Shown piece by piece: positions 49,391 through 61,718 of a stretch of DNA of 64,000 nt. The stretch spans positions 2,170,001 to 2,234,000 of the forward strand of contig CP089277.1 in the NCBI GenBank assembly GCA_023920165.1, in the 5' to 3' direction. The notes beneath the pieces are model-generated. The model was not told the origin of the DNA and did no database searches. It saw only the letters and a program-made list of their open reading frames with translations. The stretch comes from Curvularia clavata. Its lineage: Eukaryota. Within the stretch, counting starts at the first letter, position 1. Each line of letters starts with the position of its first letter. Both the position numbers and the translations under genes were made by a program.

Positions 49391-51310
49391 ATGGCGACCA
49401 ACGGTCGACAGCAGAGCTACGTTGCTCCAACATCATCCTACAAGGGTCAGCATATGCTCGGCAATCAAGGTCATGGGTCCGCCCAATACCTCCCTCGAGG
49501 TCAGCTCATACCCTCTCACGATGACAATGGAATTCAAAGTCTGACGAACAATATGGCAGCCCTCAACATGCACACCTCGTATGGTTCGTCCGGCACCACC
49601 AAGTCTACCAACTCGGCACTGCCAGGTAGCTCTTCGGACTACGGCAACATCCCCCTCTCCAATGGCCAGGGTCTCTGGGTCCCCAATCAGCATGTTATTG
49701 GATCCGTGTATCAAATGATACCCGGTACTCAGCACCAGACTGGCATGACCCCTTCTCCAGGCATCTATGGCCACGCCGGCACGTACGTTCACCAAGCGGC
49801 ATATCCGTACGGTCAAGGCGTGGTTGACAATAGCCCTGTGCCCCCAGCTTGGGCGGCTCGCATGTCTTCTGCAGAGATTCCGTCGCTGATGACGCCCCGT
49901 CGCGATTCTATCTCTTCGAACGAGAACGACAACCCTGGCACGCCTTACGGTGGTGGCGCCATGTACCGCTACGGCAATAGCACTGCCATCATGGATCGCT
50001 CCCCGAACGCACTTTACACCAGCAGTGCTACCCCTTCTCCGTCGCAGTTGGCTCACCCCTACCAGGTCATGGCTCCTGTCCAGAAGCAGCATACTATACC
50101 CACACTGCCTCCCCATCTGCTCGCACTCGTACACCAGGATCCTCCCATCCCTCGGGCCATTCCTGCTCCCAGCTCCCCACACAAACCACTCGACCGTAGC
50201 CTGGAGAACAAGACCGGAGAAACCAATGTCTACATTCGCGGCCTGCTTCCTGAGACCACGGATGAGATGCTGCACATGTGGGGCAAGCGTTTCGGTGACA
50301 TTCAGAGCTCCAAGTCCATCATTGACCTCAAGACCAATCTTTGCAAGGGGTAAGTGGCCTCTTACTCATGTCATTGCTTCACTAATCAAGTCCTCGATAT
50401 AGATTCGGCTTCATCAAGTATCACAACTTCGAGGACGCTGAGGACTGCATCCGTGGCTTTCACTATCTTGGATACGAAGTCAGCTTCGCTCGTGTATGGT
50501 TTCGTTCTTTGATTACCTGTTCAGGTTTGCTAACCTTCTACAGGAATCCTTCTATTCCAAGCTCAAGAAGTTCGCCGACGAGAGCAACACCAACCTTTAC
50601 GTATCCAACATTCCAAAGAACATGAACGAGCATGTAAGTCATGGCCGATTTCCTCTTCTTTTGGCATGAATAACACAGTCTAGGAACTGGCCTCGATCTT
50701 TGCACCTCACAAGGTTTGCTCGAGCAGGATACTTCGTGACTCTTCTGGCACGGGCCGTGGCGTAGGTTTTGCTCGGTAAGGCATGGCATTTTTCTTCAGG
50801 GCATGGGCATCACTGACCTTTACTAGCTTCGAGTCCCGCGAAATCTGCGACCAGGTCATCAAGGAGTTCAACAACACCCCCGTGTCCAAACCTGGTGGAG
50901 AGGAACACCTCATCCAGATCCGCTTCTCCGATACTCACGAGCAAAAGATGCTGAAGCAACAGACTGCTGCAGGCCGTGTGTTCCGCGCTGCAGAGTACGA
51001 AGTTGGTGTTGCCCAAGCCAGGGCCCTGGGAACGCCCGATCGTTACCTTTCTGCGTCTCCAATCTCGCCTGCTCACACTAACGAGTTCGAGATGTTCATG
51101 CGCGGCCAACGACAACCATGGTCGCCACCAGTACCATCTACACTGGGTCCTGCTCGTTCCTCTGTCTACTACATGCCCCAGGGTGGCCCCATCAAGAGCG
51201 ACGATGGCACTTCCGAGAATGGTGTCGAAGTCAAGACCAACCCTGCGACTCCAGTCAAGGCTGAAGACAAATCTGCTTCACCGAGCCAGTTCTCTAGTCG
51301 CAACGACTAG
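49391..51310 (+). CDS. Two-RRM RNA-binding protein, RBMS/MSSP-2/Spo5-like
   Basis: Exons 49391-50349, 50403-50493, 50544-50633, 50684-50775 and 50827-51310. RRM1 TNVYIRGL..ETTDE...CKGFGFIKY, RRM2 TNLYVSNIP...GRGVGFARF; long S/P/Q/Y-rich disordered N-terminus. Confidence 0.9.
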
Positions 51311-52298
51311 ATGCAAGCCTTTTGAGCGGGCTGTCGACATCTCCTTTGCGTATGTACTATTTTTCGAGGCCGCTCCATCGACATCGACTCCCGCAACCTC
51401 TTTCAGACTCCCTTGGCAACGATCACACACCATGAACATAAGCTAGGAGGACCCGCTATCTCAACATGCCACATTGTCGCACTCTATCAGAAGCTCGGAG
51501 CTTTCGCCATTCATTTCTGCGACTCGTTTCAGCCTCTATCTTACATCATCGAACCCTTAATAATCTTGTTCTTGACCTCAACAGCTTGAGCATATCCTTC
51601 TCACCGACACCAGTCTCCAGGCTCACTTCGAGCATAATGTTTGGCCGGCTTTTTTTCTTACCTTCTAAAAATATGTGTTAGTATCTGGGCATGCCAGGCA
51701 AGCAAGAGAATGTCGGAGTGTTATGCAGTGTATCTGTTTTCATTGATGGCGAGGACAGGTTTCAATAAGCGGGTGGTTCTATGGTCGGATTTGTCGAAGC
51801 TTCGATAGTTCGCCGAATGATAAATTGTGTTTTATGTATGTTACTGTTTGGTGCACATGAGTCTCCAAGCTTCTCGCTTATACGCTTAAAACGTACATGT
51901 GTTCTGATTGCTCCTCTTCAAGATCTTCGAAATTTGAAACTGGAGATGTGTGTTCATATAGAGCCAGATCATTGACGCTGGAACTTTACAGCATCGTGTA
52001 TTTCTGTTTGCGCCTTGTCGTCTCTTTTCCATTCGTTCTGTAAACTGTACGAAGATGGCATTGAGATATTTTTGCTGATAAGAATTCCTTGAACACTACC
52101 GAAGTACGGCAGATCTGTGGTAAGATCGATATCAATTACGACGTGCTAGCCGAGAAAACCGCTTTGTCGTCTTGTTCGACTTTTTCGAACTTTTCTTCAG
52201 CTTCATGACAGCTCATGAAAGCTGTGTGCCAAGATGTACATATCGGGCTGATAGACTGGATGGAGGGAGCACTGTCGGGGTATGTTGTACCAGAGAGC

Positions 52299-52436
52299 AA
52301 GAAGAAGAAGAAGAAGAAGAAGAAGAAGAAGAAGAAGAAGAAGAAGAAGAAGAAGAAGAAGAAGAAGAAGAAGAAGAAGAAGAAGAAGAAGAAGAAGAAG
52401 AAGAAGAAGAAGAAGAAGAAGAAGAAGAAGAAGAAG
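52299..52436 (+). repeat. Pure (AAG)46 trinucleotide microsatellite
   Basis: Uninterrupted 138-bp run between the convergent RRM gene and RIO2. Confidence 0.97.
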
Positions 52437-52576
52437 AGTAAAATTGATCACTCAGTCATGCAGAACTTTTCTTTTCTTATATCTACATACATCTCAGAAG
52501 CCATTCTTTTCTAGATGCAAATGGGTATCGCTGGAAAGGAGGGAGAACATGAAGAGAAAGTGCGTTAGATACCGAT

Positions 52577-53977
52577 CTACAAGGCCCACCCGGCTTTCTT
52601 TTTGGCGGCCTTTGTTGTTATCGTGGGACCGGATGGCGGAGGCGGCTTGATGTCGTTGAGATCTGGCAAAGGGTCGTTGTCTCTGATCTCGAGGATTGTC
52701 ATTTGAGACGCAAGTGAGGCCGATGGCTGCTGCTCATCACCGTCCTTGGGCTCGGTATCAACAGGAATGTCCTCACCAACTGGCCCACCCTCATCATCGT
52801 TGTAGTCATCAGCCTCACCATAGTCATCTTCAACACCAGCTTCGTCGTCATCATCGCCAGGTTCATTGCCTTCAACCGCTGTTTCCGCGTTTGCAGCATC
52901 ACCATCGATACCATGTTCTTTCATGTAGACTTCCAACTCCTTTGCCATCTTCTTACTGAAACCAGAGGCCTGTACCTCGACGTCCAACCTCTTGACGAGG
53001 GTCTTTGTTGCATCCTTGAAAAACGGGCCAGGCTCGTCGCTTGTGAAGCCGAAACGACGATCGAAGAAGCGCTTTATGCAGGCGACATCACGATCAAAAT
53101 AGTATTCAGCATTGGCATGGTCAATGGAAACCATTTGCGGGAAATCGATAATGGTTGGAACCAGTGTGACTTTGCCGTCCTTCTCGGTACGCTCCTCGAC
53201 CAGGATGTTGAACTCGTTAAAGTCTCCGTGGATCAAACCGTATTGTGCGAGACGGACAATGAGGGCGAGAAGTTCGGCGTAGAGAGGCGCGGGGTTGCCG
53301 ACCTTGGAGATTTGGCGCATGGGAAAAGCGTCGATAAGGCTCATGACGACAGTGTGCCTGTTCTGGCCAACGGGTTCGGGTACGGGAAAGCCCTCGGCTC
53401 GCAGTGCTTTCATGAACTCGAACTCCTTTAGGGCAGCAAGGCGTGACATGTACATCCATGATCCGCCCTGACGGTTGCGCAGATAGTCACGGTTCGCTTT
53501 GACGGTGCGGAACGATATGCGACCCAAACGGTGGATCTTGAGGACCAGCTGCTTGCCCGTCTCGGATGCGCACACTATGATATCCGACTCTTTGCCTATG
53601 CCAATCTGGTTGCCCACCGAGTAGACGGTAGAGGCCTTCTGGTGGGTGTGCAGGGCGAGGTAGTCGAGCCCACCGTAGGTAAGACGGTAGCCGTCGTATT
53701 TGGCATTGCGGACTTTGGCGATGAGGCCGATTTTGGCCAGGTTGGAAATGCATCGGTGGACGCCAGTGCCTGAGCGGAGAGCGGCAATCTGTGAAATCAG
53801 AGGCGTGGGCACAATCTCATGGTTTCGACTGCCCATTTCTGTCTGTCACGGTCTTGATCAGCGTTAGTCCCCCCACCATAGGCGTAGACGAAGACACGGG
53901 CGGGGAGCGCATACCGCAGTCAGGACACGCCAGTCGTCGGCGGTCAGGTAGCGGATGTTCTTGACGTTCAGCTTCAT
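52577..53977 (-). CDS. RIO2: Atypical Ser/Thr kinase Rio2 (40S maturation)
   Basis: Exon 53915-53977 (MKLNVKNIRYLTADDWRVLTA), intron 53843-53914, then EMGSRNHEIVP, GYRLTYGGLDYLAL, GIGKESDI, IHGDFNEFN, IIDFPQM and an acidic tail. Confidence 0.97.
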
Positions 53978-54172
53978 GGTGGGCGCTGTCCGAAGGCCTT
54001 CCGGGCGAGGGTGAAGGCGGGTGCTGGGGTCTGAGAGTGGTGATGATAATTTTTGGTTGCGTCTCCAAGGCGAAGAGGGTCCGACTTTCCTACCAGCACT
54101 AAAACCAGAAAGCCAATCAAAGCGAGCTCACCTACTATGTGCAAAGACGACCCATCAACACCGACGATGCAC

Positions 54173-54278
54173 GACTGTGACAACTGCCGCTACTTTTTCA
54201 AAATAGAGTCGCAAGTGTAAAGCGACAAATGACTGTGACAATGACAGCTACTTTTGAAAAGTGGTGGTTTCTGGTTTC
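54173..54278 (+). repeat. Dispersed palindromic-core repeat, locus B (2 units) in the RIO2/RPN1 divergent intergenic region
   Basis: Units at 54173 and 54231: GACTGTGACAACTGCCGCTACTTTTTCAAAATAGAGTCG and GACTGTGACAATGACAGCTACTTTTGAAAAGTGG. Confidence 0.8.
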
Positions 54279-54588
54279 GCAAGCTGTGAGAGCGTCTGAG
54301 CACCCGCTGCCGCCGCCGCTGCTCATCATCGGCGGACGGTGCTTGGCCCTAGCGCGGGCGGAAGTGGTACGCGAAAGCCAGAGCTGCCTCATCGACATCA
54401 CATCCGCCCATTATCATTCCCCCACTCCCCGACTCCCTGTATTTGCCCCCGTTCCATTCGAGCGGCGCCGACACATCTCACCTCACCTCATCAACAGCAG
54501 TCCCCATCAATCCTGGGTCTCTACGCCGCTCCATCCCCGCACAATAGCCATAGTTCGCCGCTGGCCCTAGCGACATATCCTAATCACC

Positions 54589-57500
54589 ATGGCCAAGGAC
54601 GACGACAAGAAGCCCACGGCTGCCGACAAGGGCAAGGGCAAGGCGCCAGTCGCCAATGATGCGGACAAGGCCAAGGACGCAAAGCCGGATCTCGAGGACA
54701 AGAAGGGCGGCGTGGCGACCACTGGCGGTATGTTTGGCCTGCATGGAAGCTGGGATAGCTATCACGGCGCATCTTTACTGACGGACAACTACAGAGGAGC
54801 TCAGCGAGGAAGACCAGCAGCTCAAGAGCGATCTCGACATGCTCGCAGATCGGATACTGGTACGTGACGCTGCATCTCCCCTGCTCCTCGCTCGCAACAC
54901 GCGCTGACCTCATGCCTCTCTCTCTAGGGATCCGATACTAGCCTGTACAAGCCCGCCCTCAACCAGATTAAGGAATTCATCAAGACATCGACAAGCTCCA
55001 TGACAGCGGTACCCAAGCCCCTCAAGTTCCTCCGGCCACACTACGAGAGCCTCGAGAAGGCCTATGCATCATGGCCGGCCGGCGAGAACAAGGTATGCCA
55101 ACGCCGTCATTTGCAAGCGCGCAGCACTGTGCTAACGGGAGAAGCAATCGTTTGCCGATATGATGTCTGTTCTGGGAATGACATACTCGGACGAGGAACG
55201 CCTCGACTGCCTCAAGTACCGCCTCGAAGCACCCTCCACAGATCTCGGCTCATGGGGCCACGAGTACATGCGCCACCTTGCGCTTGAAATTGGTGCCGAG
55301 TACCAGAACCGCCTCAACGATGACAAACCAACTGATGATGTGACCGACCTCGCCTCGACGCTCGTTCCCTTCTTCCTGAAGCACAACGCAGAGGCCGATG
55401 CGGTTGATATCTTGTCCGAGTTGGAGATGATTGACCAGATTGAGCAATACGTCGACGAGAACACATACTCAAGAGTAGCGCTTTACATGGTCAGGTATGC
55501 AAACTCCAGAAGCGTACCTGTGTGCATAGTACTAACTATAGTAGCAACGTTCCCCTCCTCACATACCCGGACAACGACAAATTCCTCCGTACCACCTACC
55601 GCATCTATGCCAAATACAAGCAGTACACGCAGGCTATGGCAATAGCCATACGGTTACACGAGAAGGAGCTAATTCAAGAGGCTTTCGATGCCACGAAAGA
55701 TAAGTCCATTCGCAGGCAAATGGCCTTCCTCTGCGCGCGACAGCGGATATGGTTCGATGTTTCCGAGGACGAAGACCCTGAACTGCAGGAGTGCCTTAAT
55801 AACACACGCTTGCCTGATCACTTCAGGGCGCTCGGCAAAGAACTGAACATCCTCGACCCAAAGTCTCCCGACGACATTTACAAGACGCATCTTGAGAGCA
55901 GCAGGACTGCCGGTCTCACCAACACCGACTCCGCCAGACACAACCTCGCTTCTGCTTTCGTCAACGCTTTCGTCAACGCTGGTTACGCCAATGACAAGCT
56001 CATGTTGGGTGAGGCTACTAAGAGTAGCTGGGTATGGAAGACCAAGGACGAGGGTATGCTTTCGACAACGGCGTCCATGGGTATGCTTATGCTCTGGGAC
56101 GTGGAAGAAGGTCTTGACAGGATTGACCCCTACACTCAAGTCGAAGAGGACATGGTCAAGGCTGGTGCCATGCTTGCCACTGGTATCTTCAACTCAGGAG
56201 TACGAATGGACTCTGATCCGGCCATGGCGCTCTTGGGCGATGAGGACAATATCAATTCTAAGAACAAAAACATTCGTCTGGCTGCCATCATGGGTCTCGG
56301 TCTTGCCTATGCAGGATCAAACAAGGAAGAACTTCTCGATGTCCTCTTGCCAGTTGTCAGCGATACCAGTCTCGACATGCAGCTCTCCGCCATGGCGGCA
56401 CTGTCCCTTGGAATGATTTTCGTCGGTTCCGCCAACGGAGACGTCACAGACGCCCTGATGAACACGCTTCTGGACGAGGACCGAACCAAGCAACTAAAGG
56501 ACAAGTGGACTCGTTTTATGGCACTCGGTCTTGCACTGCTCTTCTTCGGCCAGCAAGAAGAAGTTGATGTCATTCTAGAGACTCTCAAGGCGCTCGACCA
56601 CCCCATGGCCAAGTCCGCCTCTGTGCTTACCGAAGTGTGCGCGTGGGCTGGCACTGGTGCTGTGTTGAAGATTCAGCAATTGCTGCACATCTGCAATGAG
56701 CACATTGAAGATGAAAGCGAAGAGAAGAAGGGCGACGAGCTTCTTCAATCGTACGCTGTCATTGGCCTTTCGCTGGTTGCAATGGGCGAGGACGTCGGCC
56801 AGGAAATGATCCTGCGCACTCTCGGTCACCTGATGCATTATGGCGAGGCAAACATCCGCAAGGCTGTGCCTCTTGCTCTGGGTCTTATCAGCCCAAGTAA
56901 CCCACAGATGAAGGTCTATGACACACTTTCGCGATACTCTCACGACAATGACAACGATGTCGCCATCAACGCCATCTTCGCCATGGGTCTCTGCGGTGCT
57001 GGTACCAACAATGCTCGTCTTGCACAGCTTCTGCGACAATTAGCCAGCTATTACCACCGCGACCCGAATGCATTGTTCATGGTTCGCATAGCACAGGGTC
57101 TCTTGCACGCTGGCAAGGGTACACTCTCGCTCAACCCCTTCCATACCGACCGCCAAGTCCTTTCTCGCGTCGCAGCTTCGGGTCTCCTTACTGTCCTTGT
57201 GTCCCTGATTGACGCCAAGTCTTTCGTCGCCGGCGATTCACACTACCTGCTCTACTACCTGGCTACCGCCATGTCACCACGCTTCCTCATTACACTTGAC
57301 GAGGAGCTTAAGCCTCTCACAGTCAACGTACGTGTTGGTCAAGCAGTAGACATTGTAGGCCAAGCAGGTCGACCAAAGACCATTACCGGATGGCAGACAC
57401 AGAGCACACCAGTGCTGTTGGCACACGGCGAGAGAGCCGAACTGGAAGACGAAAAGTATCTCAGTCTAACCAATGTACTGGAGGGCGTGGTTATCCTACG

Positions 57501-57589
57501 CAAGGTAAGTTGACTCTTTCTCCCCATTTTTTTCTTCCCTGGACAATTGCTAACGATAGTCACCACAGAACCCAGAATGGGAGGACTGA
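54589..57589 (+). CDS. RPN1: 26S proteasome regulatory subunit Rpn1 (PSMD2)
   Basis: Exons 54589-54727, 54795-54859, 54928-55092, 55145-55494, 55545-57504 and 57569-57589. Motifs [30 protein letters not shown] repeats and [21 protein letters not shown]. Confidence 0.97.
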
Positions 57590-57818
57590 GCGACGTGATC
57601 AAAGTCAAATGGAAAGCCACGGGATATGAAACAAAAAGAAACGTGACGTCATGATTGTCGCTTCTTCTTTTTCACCTATCATCATTTGTAGAACATAGGC
57701 AGCATTTGTGCGTAGTCAGCACTTTTGAACATCCTAATAGATTTATACTGGGAGAGACCTCTTCCTTACTCAGTAAAACCAGAAAATCAAAACGAGCCCG
57801 ACATAGTAGATAATGAAT

Positions 57819-57930
57819 CGCTGCGACAACTATACCTACTTTTACAAGTAGAGTCGTTAGTGCTAAGAAGACTGTGAATGATAAACGACTGTGACAACTA
57901 CAGCCACTTCAAAAGCGACCGCAAGGTTTC
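57819..57930 (+). repeat. Dispersed palindromic-core repeat, locus C (2 units, period 68)
   Basis: Units at 57819 and 57887: GCTGCGACAACTATACCTACTTTTACAAGTAGAGTCG and GACTGTGACAACTACAGCCACTTCAAAAGCG. Confidence 0.8.
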
Positions 57931-58563
57931 TCAAACTTACATTCGGAAGTGGGTACACTATCCTAGAAGATGCCTGCCCATATACGAAAGGTCAAATGTC
58001 TCAGAAGCAAATCCGTTCTTCACTACTACCAAGTACCAGCAACAAGAGACGATGTGATATAGACACCTTAGACTGGCACCAAGAGGACAATGGTCAGGCG
58101 GTGCGTAACCAAGACGCGACAAAGTTGAACAATCATCACACACGGAAATCATGGTCAAAGAGGCGTAAACAAAGTTGTCTCTTCGAAAAGCAAGAAACAC
58201 TGTGTAATTCCTACTGAGTGTTTCTGTTGGGTATCATATGCTACTGTGCCCTTGTTCAAAATCATGTTTTGCCACTAACAGTCCGCCTTTGTGTTGTGGT
58301 TCACTCCCATCATTACACGAACCACATAAAGAGTCGTCGCTCGAGCTTAGCATGTCGTCATGTTGACACGAAGCAGGGCGTCTTGTGATGTGCTGCACTG
58401 GTCGCAGGGCGACGTTAAGCGCGCCTCCTAGTTAGGACGCCTGTACCGACAAAGTTCCTATTCACTGACGTGAGTAAGTGTCAAAATACATTTGGGCTTG
58501 GTCATGACGACTGGGTAGATAAATATATCCGGGGCGTGTGAGGATTTCAATGTCCACAAGGGC

Positions 58564-59683
58564 TCAGAACCATATCTTGATCAGCTCCTCAGAGACTGCA
58601 GACGGTGTAAGAACACCAGACTCCGTGATGATTCCAGAGATTAAGTCGGGTGGCTGTTGTTAAGGGGTTAGCATATGGGTTGATGTTTGATGTGGGGAAA
58701 CATACAGTAAAGTCAACAGCATCGTGAGCATCGAGCGGAGCGACTGTCGAGCCTTGTTTTGCGGTCATGTCGGCAATGGCTTCGTCAAAGACGTTTCGCT
58801 GTTCTCCTTCGCCCTTGTTGTTTTGTTCTGCTTTGTTTTCCTCGGCCACCTTGAAGTCCAAGACCTTCTGCTCAATAGGTAGGTCGAACTGGCTAAGCGG
58901 ATACAGCCTGACGAACTTGTGGCTCTCAGCTACCACGTAGAATGGCTTGCCCTTGCTCTTGGCTAGTACTCCCAGCTGATAGGTGCCCATGCGTGATATA
59001 ATGCCGCCGTTTTCTACAACACCTTCGGCGCCCACAATGATCATGTCGACCTTGCCCAACGAGTATGCAACTGCTGAGTCAGGGATCGTGGCTACCGGCA
59101 CGTTGTGTTCGCGGAGGTCGGCAACTGTCTGCAGGCTTTCCTTGGAATCAAGCGATTTCTCAGAGGGCAGGACGTATATGACCTTGAAACGGAGGGTGCT
59201 TGATTCGGCTGCCCTTCTTAGGAGCGCACCCACTACACGCGAGCCACCGTTTGTGAGCACAGTAGCGCCGTCGCGAATGAAATGCTTGCCAAAGCTTGCT
59301 ATTTTCTCCCTGCTCTGCTTTGCTCTGTCTACAAAGAGCTTTCCGTTCGAGAGTAGGTGGTTGCGTATCGCACGGAAGTCATCCTCTGGACCCAGGTTCA
59401 GGCTGGCGGGGCGGTTGAGTGTGGTGATCAGATAGCGCTGGAAGAGATCTGTACCGGCGGAAAGAGAAATGGGATTTGCGATGGAAGCCTTTAGGGCGGC
59501 AGTGTGGCGCTCAAGGAGATCAAGAGTCTCGGCGACGGTCGACACGGAACTCTGGGCAATTGCTTCGACGAGCGCCTCAATGGCAGCGACGGGCATAGTA
59601 AGCTCGGGGTCATCTTCCAGGATACGGCGGTAGGTCGCGACAATGTCAAAGGTGGCCTTCGTGGCCTCAGGCTGGGCACTCAT
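58564..59683 (-). CDS. GCN3: Translation initiation factor eIF2B subunit alpha
   Basis: MPVAAIEAL, LSAGTDLF, VGAEGVVENGGIISRMGTY and VAESHKFVRLYPL. Intron 58654-58705 gives VDFTPPDLISGIITESGVLTPSAVSEELIKIWF*. Confidence 0.96.
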
Positions 59684-61718
59684 ATTGGCGGCAATGGAAC
59701 GCTGGCGTGTTGTTGTTCCGTATTGGCCTGTGGGATATTTTGGAACAAGTGGTGGAGGATCGGAGGGGTGGAGGGGTCGTCGGCGTTTGAGTCATTCGCC
59801 AAGACCCGACAACCAGCCCAAAAATGATTGCTGTGAACATGCAATTTGATAATAGACCGTTTCCTAATCATTCACAACTAGTCATGTGTAATGGCATTTG
59901 AGATAGTTCATCTCTAAGTTAGTACAGCTTTTGTCGGCCTTTTTGCCTTCCTTGTTCCTTCGGGTGAGCCCATCCATCCTACTCCAGTAAATACAGATCA
60001 GTCGACCTACAAACCCAACTAGCGATGATTCAGCTTGTGCAACTCCCAAACAAAATGTGCGTGCTACATCATGCCTCAAACGAGCTCTCAGCATTCCGCA
60101 AGTGCACATAACGACAGGTTGCAATGGGTTTTCGAGCCCTTGCATAGCTTACACATAAACGGCTCCACGATTACACTCACATCAGTATTATCCGGTGTGG
60201 TAATGCTCTCTCGCAATTTGTCATGTTTATTCAATAAAATCCAGTACAAAGAATACCGTACAGCCTGTCTGTTTTGTAAAGCTAGTAGCACCCGTTATAG
60301 GTCGCGTTCCTCGATCTCTGCGATCACCACGCCGCCTCCTTTGATCTTGGCCGAGACAAGGATGATCTCCCACCCAGTCCCACCGGAGAGCGACCGGATT
60401 TTCTCAGCTGATCGATTCCTATAGCCTCGAGTCCAAATACGGCTGTAAACAAAGACACCTGTCGTAGAGCCAGCAGCTACTGCGGTTGGGGGAGTACGGT
60501 ATCCGCTAGTGAAAGACTGAAAACCAAATCCTCTGAATCGGAGAACAACCCACAAGAGCACATTACCCTATTTACTCCTAAAAAACACATGTGGGACCAG
60601 GGAAAGCACTGTCTACTGTATTGTCAGCACAGGACCTTGCCATTACAATGCCGATCATGGTCACTTCCATTCGAGACTTATTGAAAGGACTACCGAATAC
60701 AAGCCTTAGTTCCTTCACATATTTTTTCCTTCCCTGGACATATACACATGGCGAATTTTGAGCCTCGAGTCAAGCAATTGTACTCAGCGTTCTGTGTTGA
60801 ACACGCCTCGAAAACTCTCAGCACGTCTACGTCATCAGAAGCACCACCTAGAGCGATCCTTGGTAATAATGGTCGCGTGATCAGTGAGATTGAATCCACT
60901 ATTTGGCAAAACGCGAACCGTTCCCCGGGAGCAATCGCGTCATGTATCGCCAGTAGAGCCCGGTGTAGGCTCTTCAGTACGTTGCTTGAGTGCTAAGGAT
61001 CATAGTCCAGATATGCAGGCTTCGTATACCGCCAGCTCAATAGCTGAAAGCAAGATACGGCATAGAATAATGACTCAAAACTAGATCTAGGATATGTTCA
61101 CTTCATAGAAATGACGAAAGCCTTCTTGGTTTCGAGGACATCTCACAATCAATCCACTCCCTCTGCGATGAGCCACTTGGACCTGATAGAAATTTGGGCA
61201 AGGAATACAAGAGGCGTTGGAAATTCTCCCACTAGTGTTCCTCGGCCTCTAATTAGAAAAGGGCGCAAGGGTTTGAGAGCATCACTGGAGTCTCATTTAG
61301 AAGAGAAACTGTCCAGACCAAGCCAAGGATTGAACCACCCTGGAAGACGCGGCAGAAGTACAGCGCAGCATTTATACACCAAATAATGAGCGTTCCAAAC
61401 CGCTGGTTATAGGGTTGAAGATCCAAATTTCAACCGAATAGCCAAAATCCCATGTTGTGTACGATGACGCATTTTACATGGGGCCCAACGTCATACGCTG
61501 ATGGAATTCTAGACCCGCGATGGCCGCGTTTCATATGGGGGAGTCAATTTTCTCCTTCAGCCAGAATCAACACCATAAGAGCTATCGTGAACTATCATGA
61601 CTGCATGTTCCATGCGAAGCCCGGGTTAATGAACTATGTTTCTAAACCTATAAGCGTCTAGCCTCTCAAAACACTTGTTACACCAGACATACGTCATTTC
61701 CGATATTATTTGCACGCC

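Noticed and set aside
52172..52650. Poly-E, poly-K, poly-R and poly-L ORFs
   Set aside because: Artefacts of the stop-free (AAG)46 microsatellite.
53978..54588. Rpn4/PACE element (GGTGGCAAA) expected upstream of RPN1
   Set aside because: No exact match found by eye in the divergent intergenic region.
2450..59683. Cryptic peroxisomal targeting by stop-codon readthrough
   Set aside because: I checked the sequence after the stops of the main genes; none has a TGA-CTA context or an extension ending in an SKL-like tripeptide. Lon has an ordinary SRL terminus.
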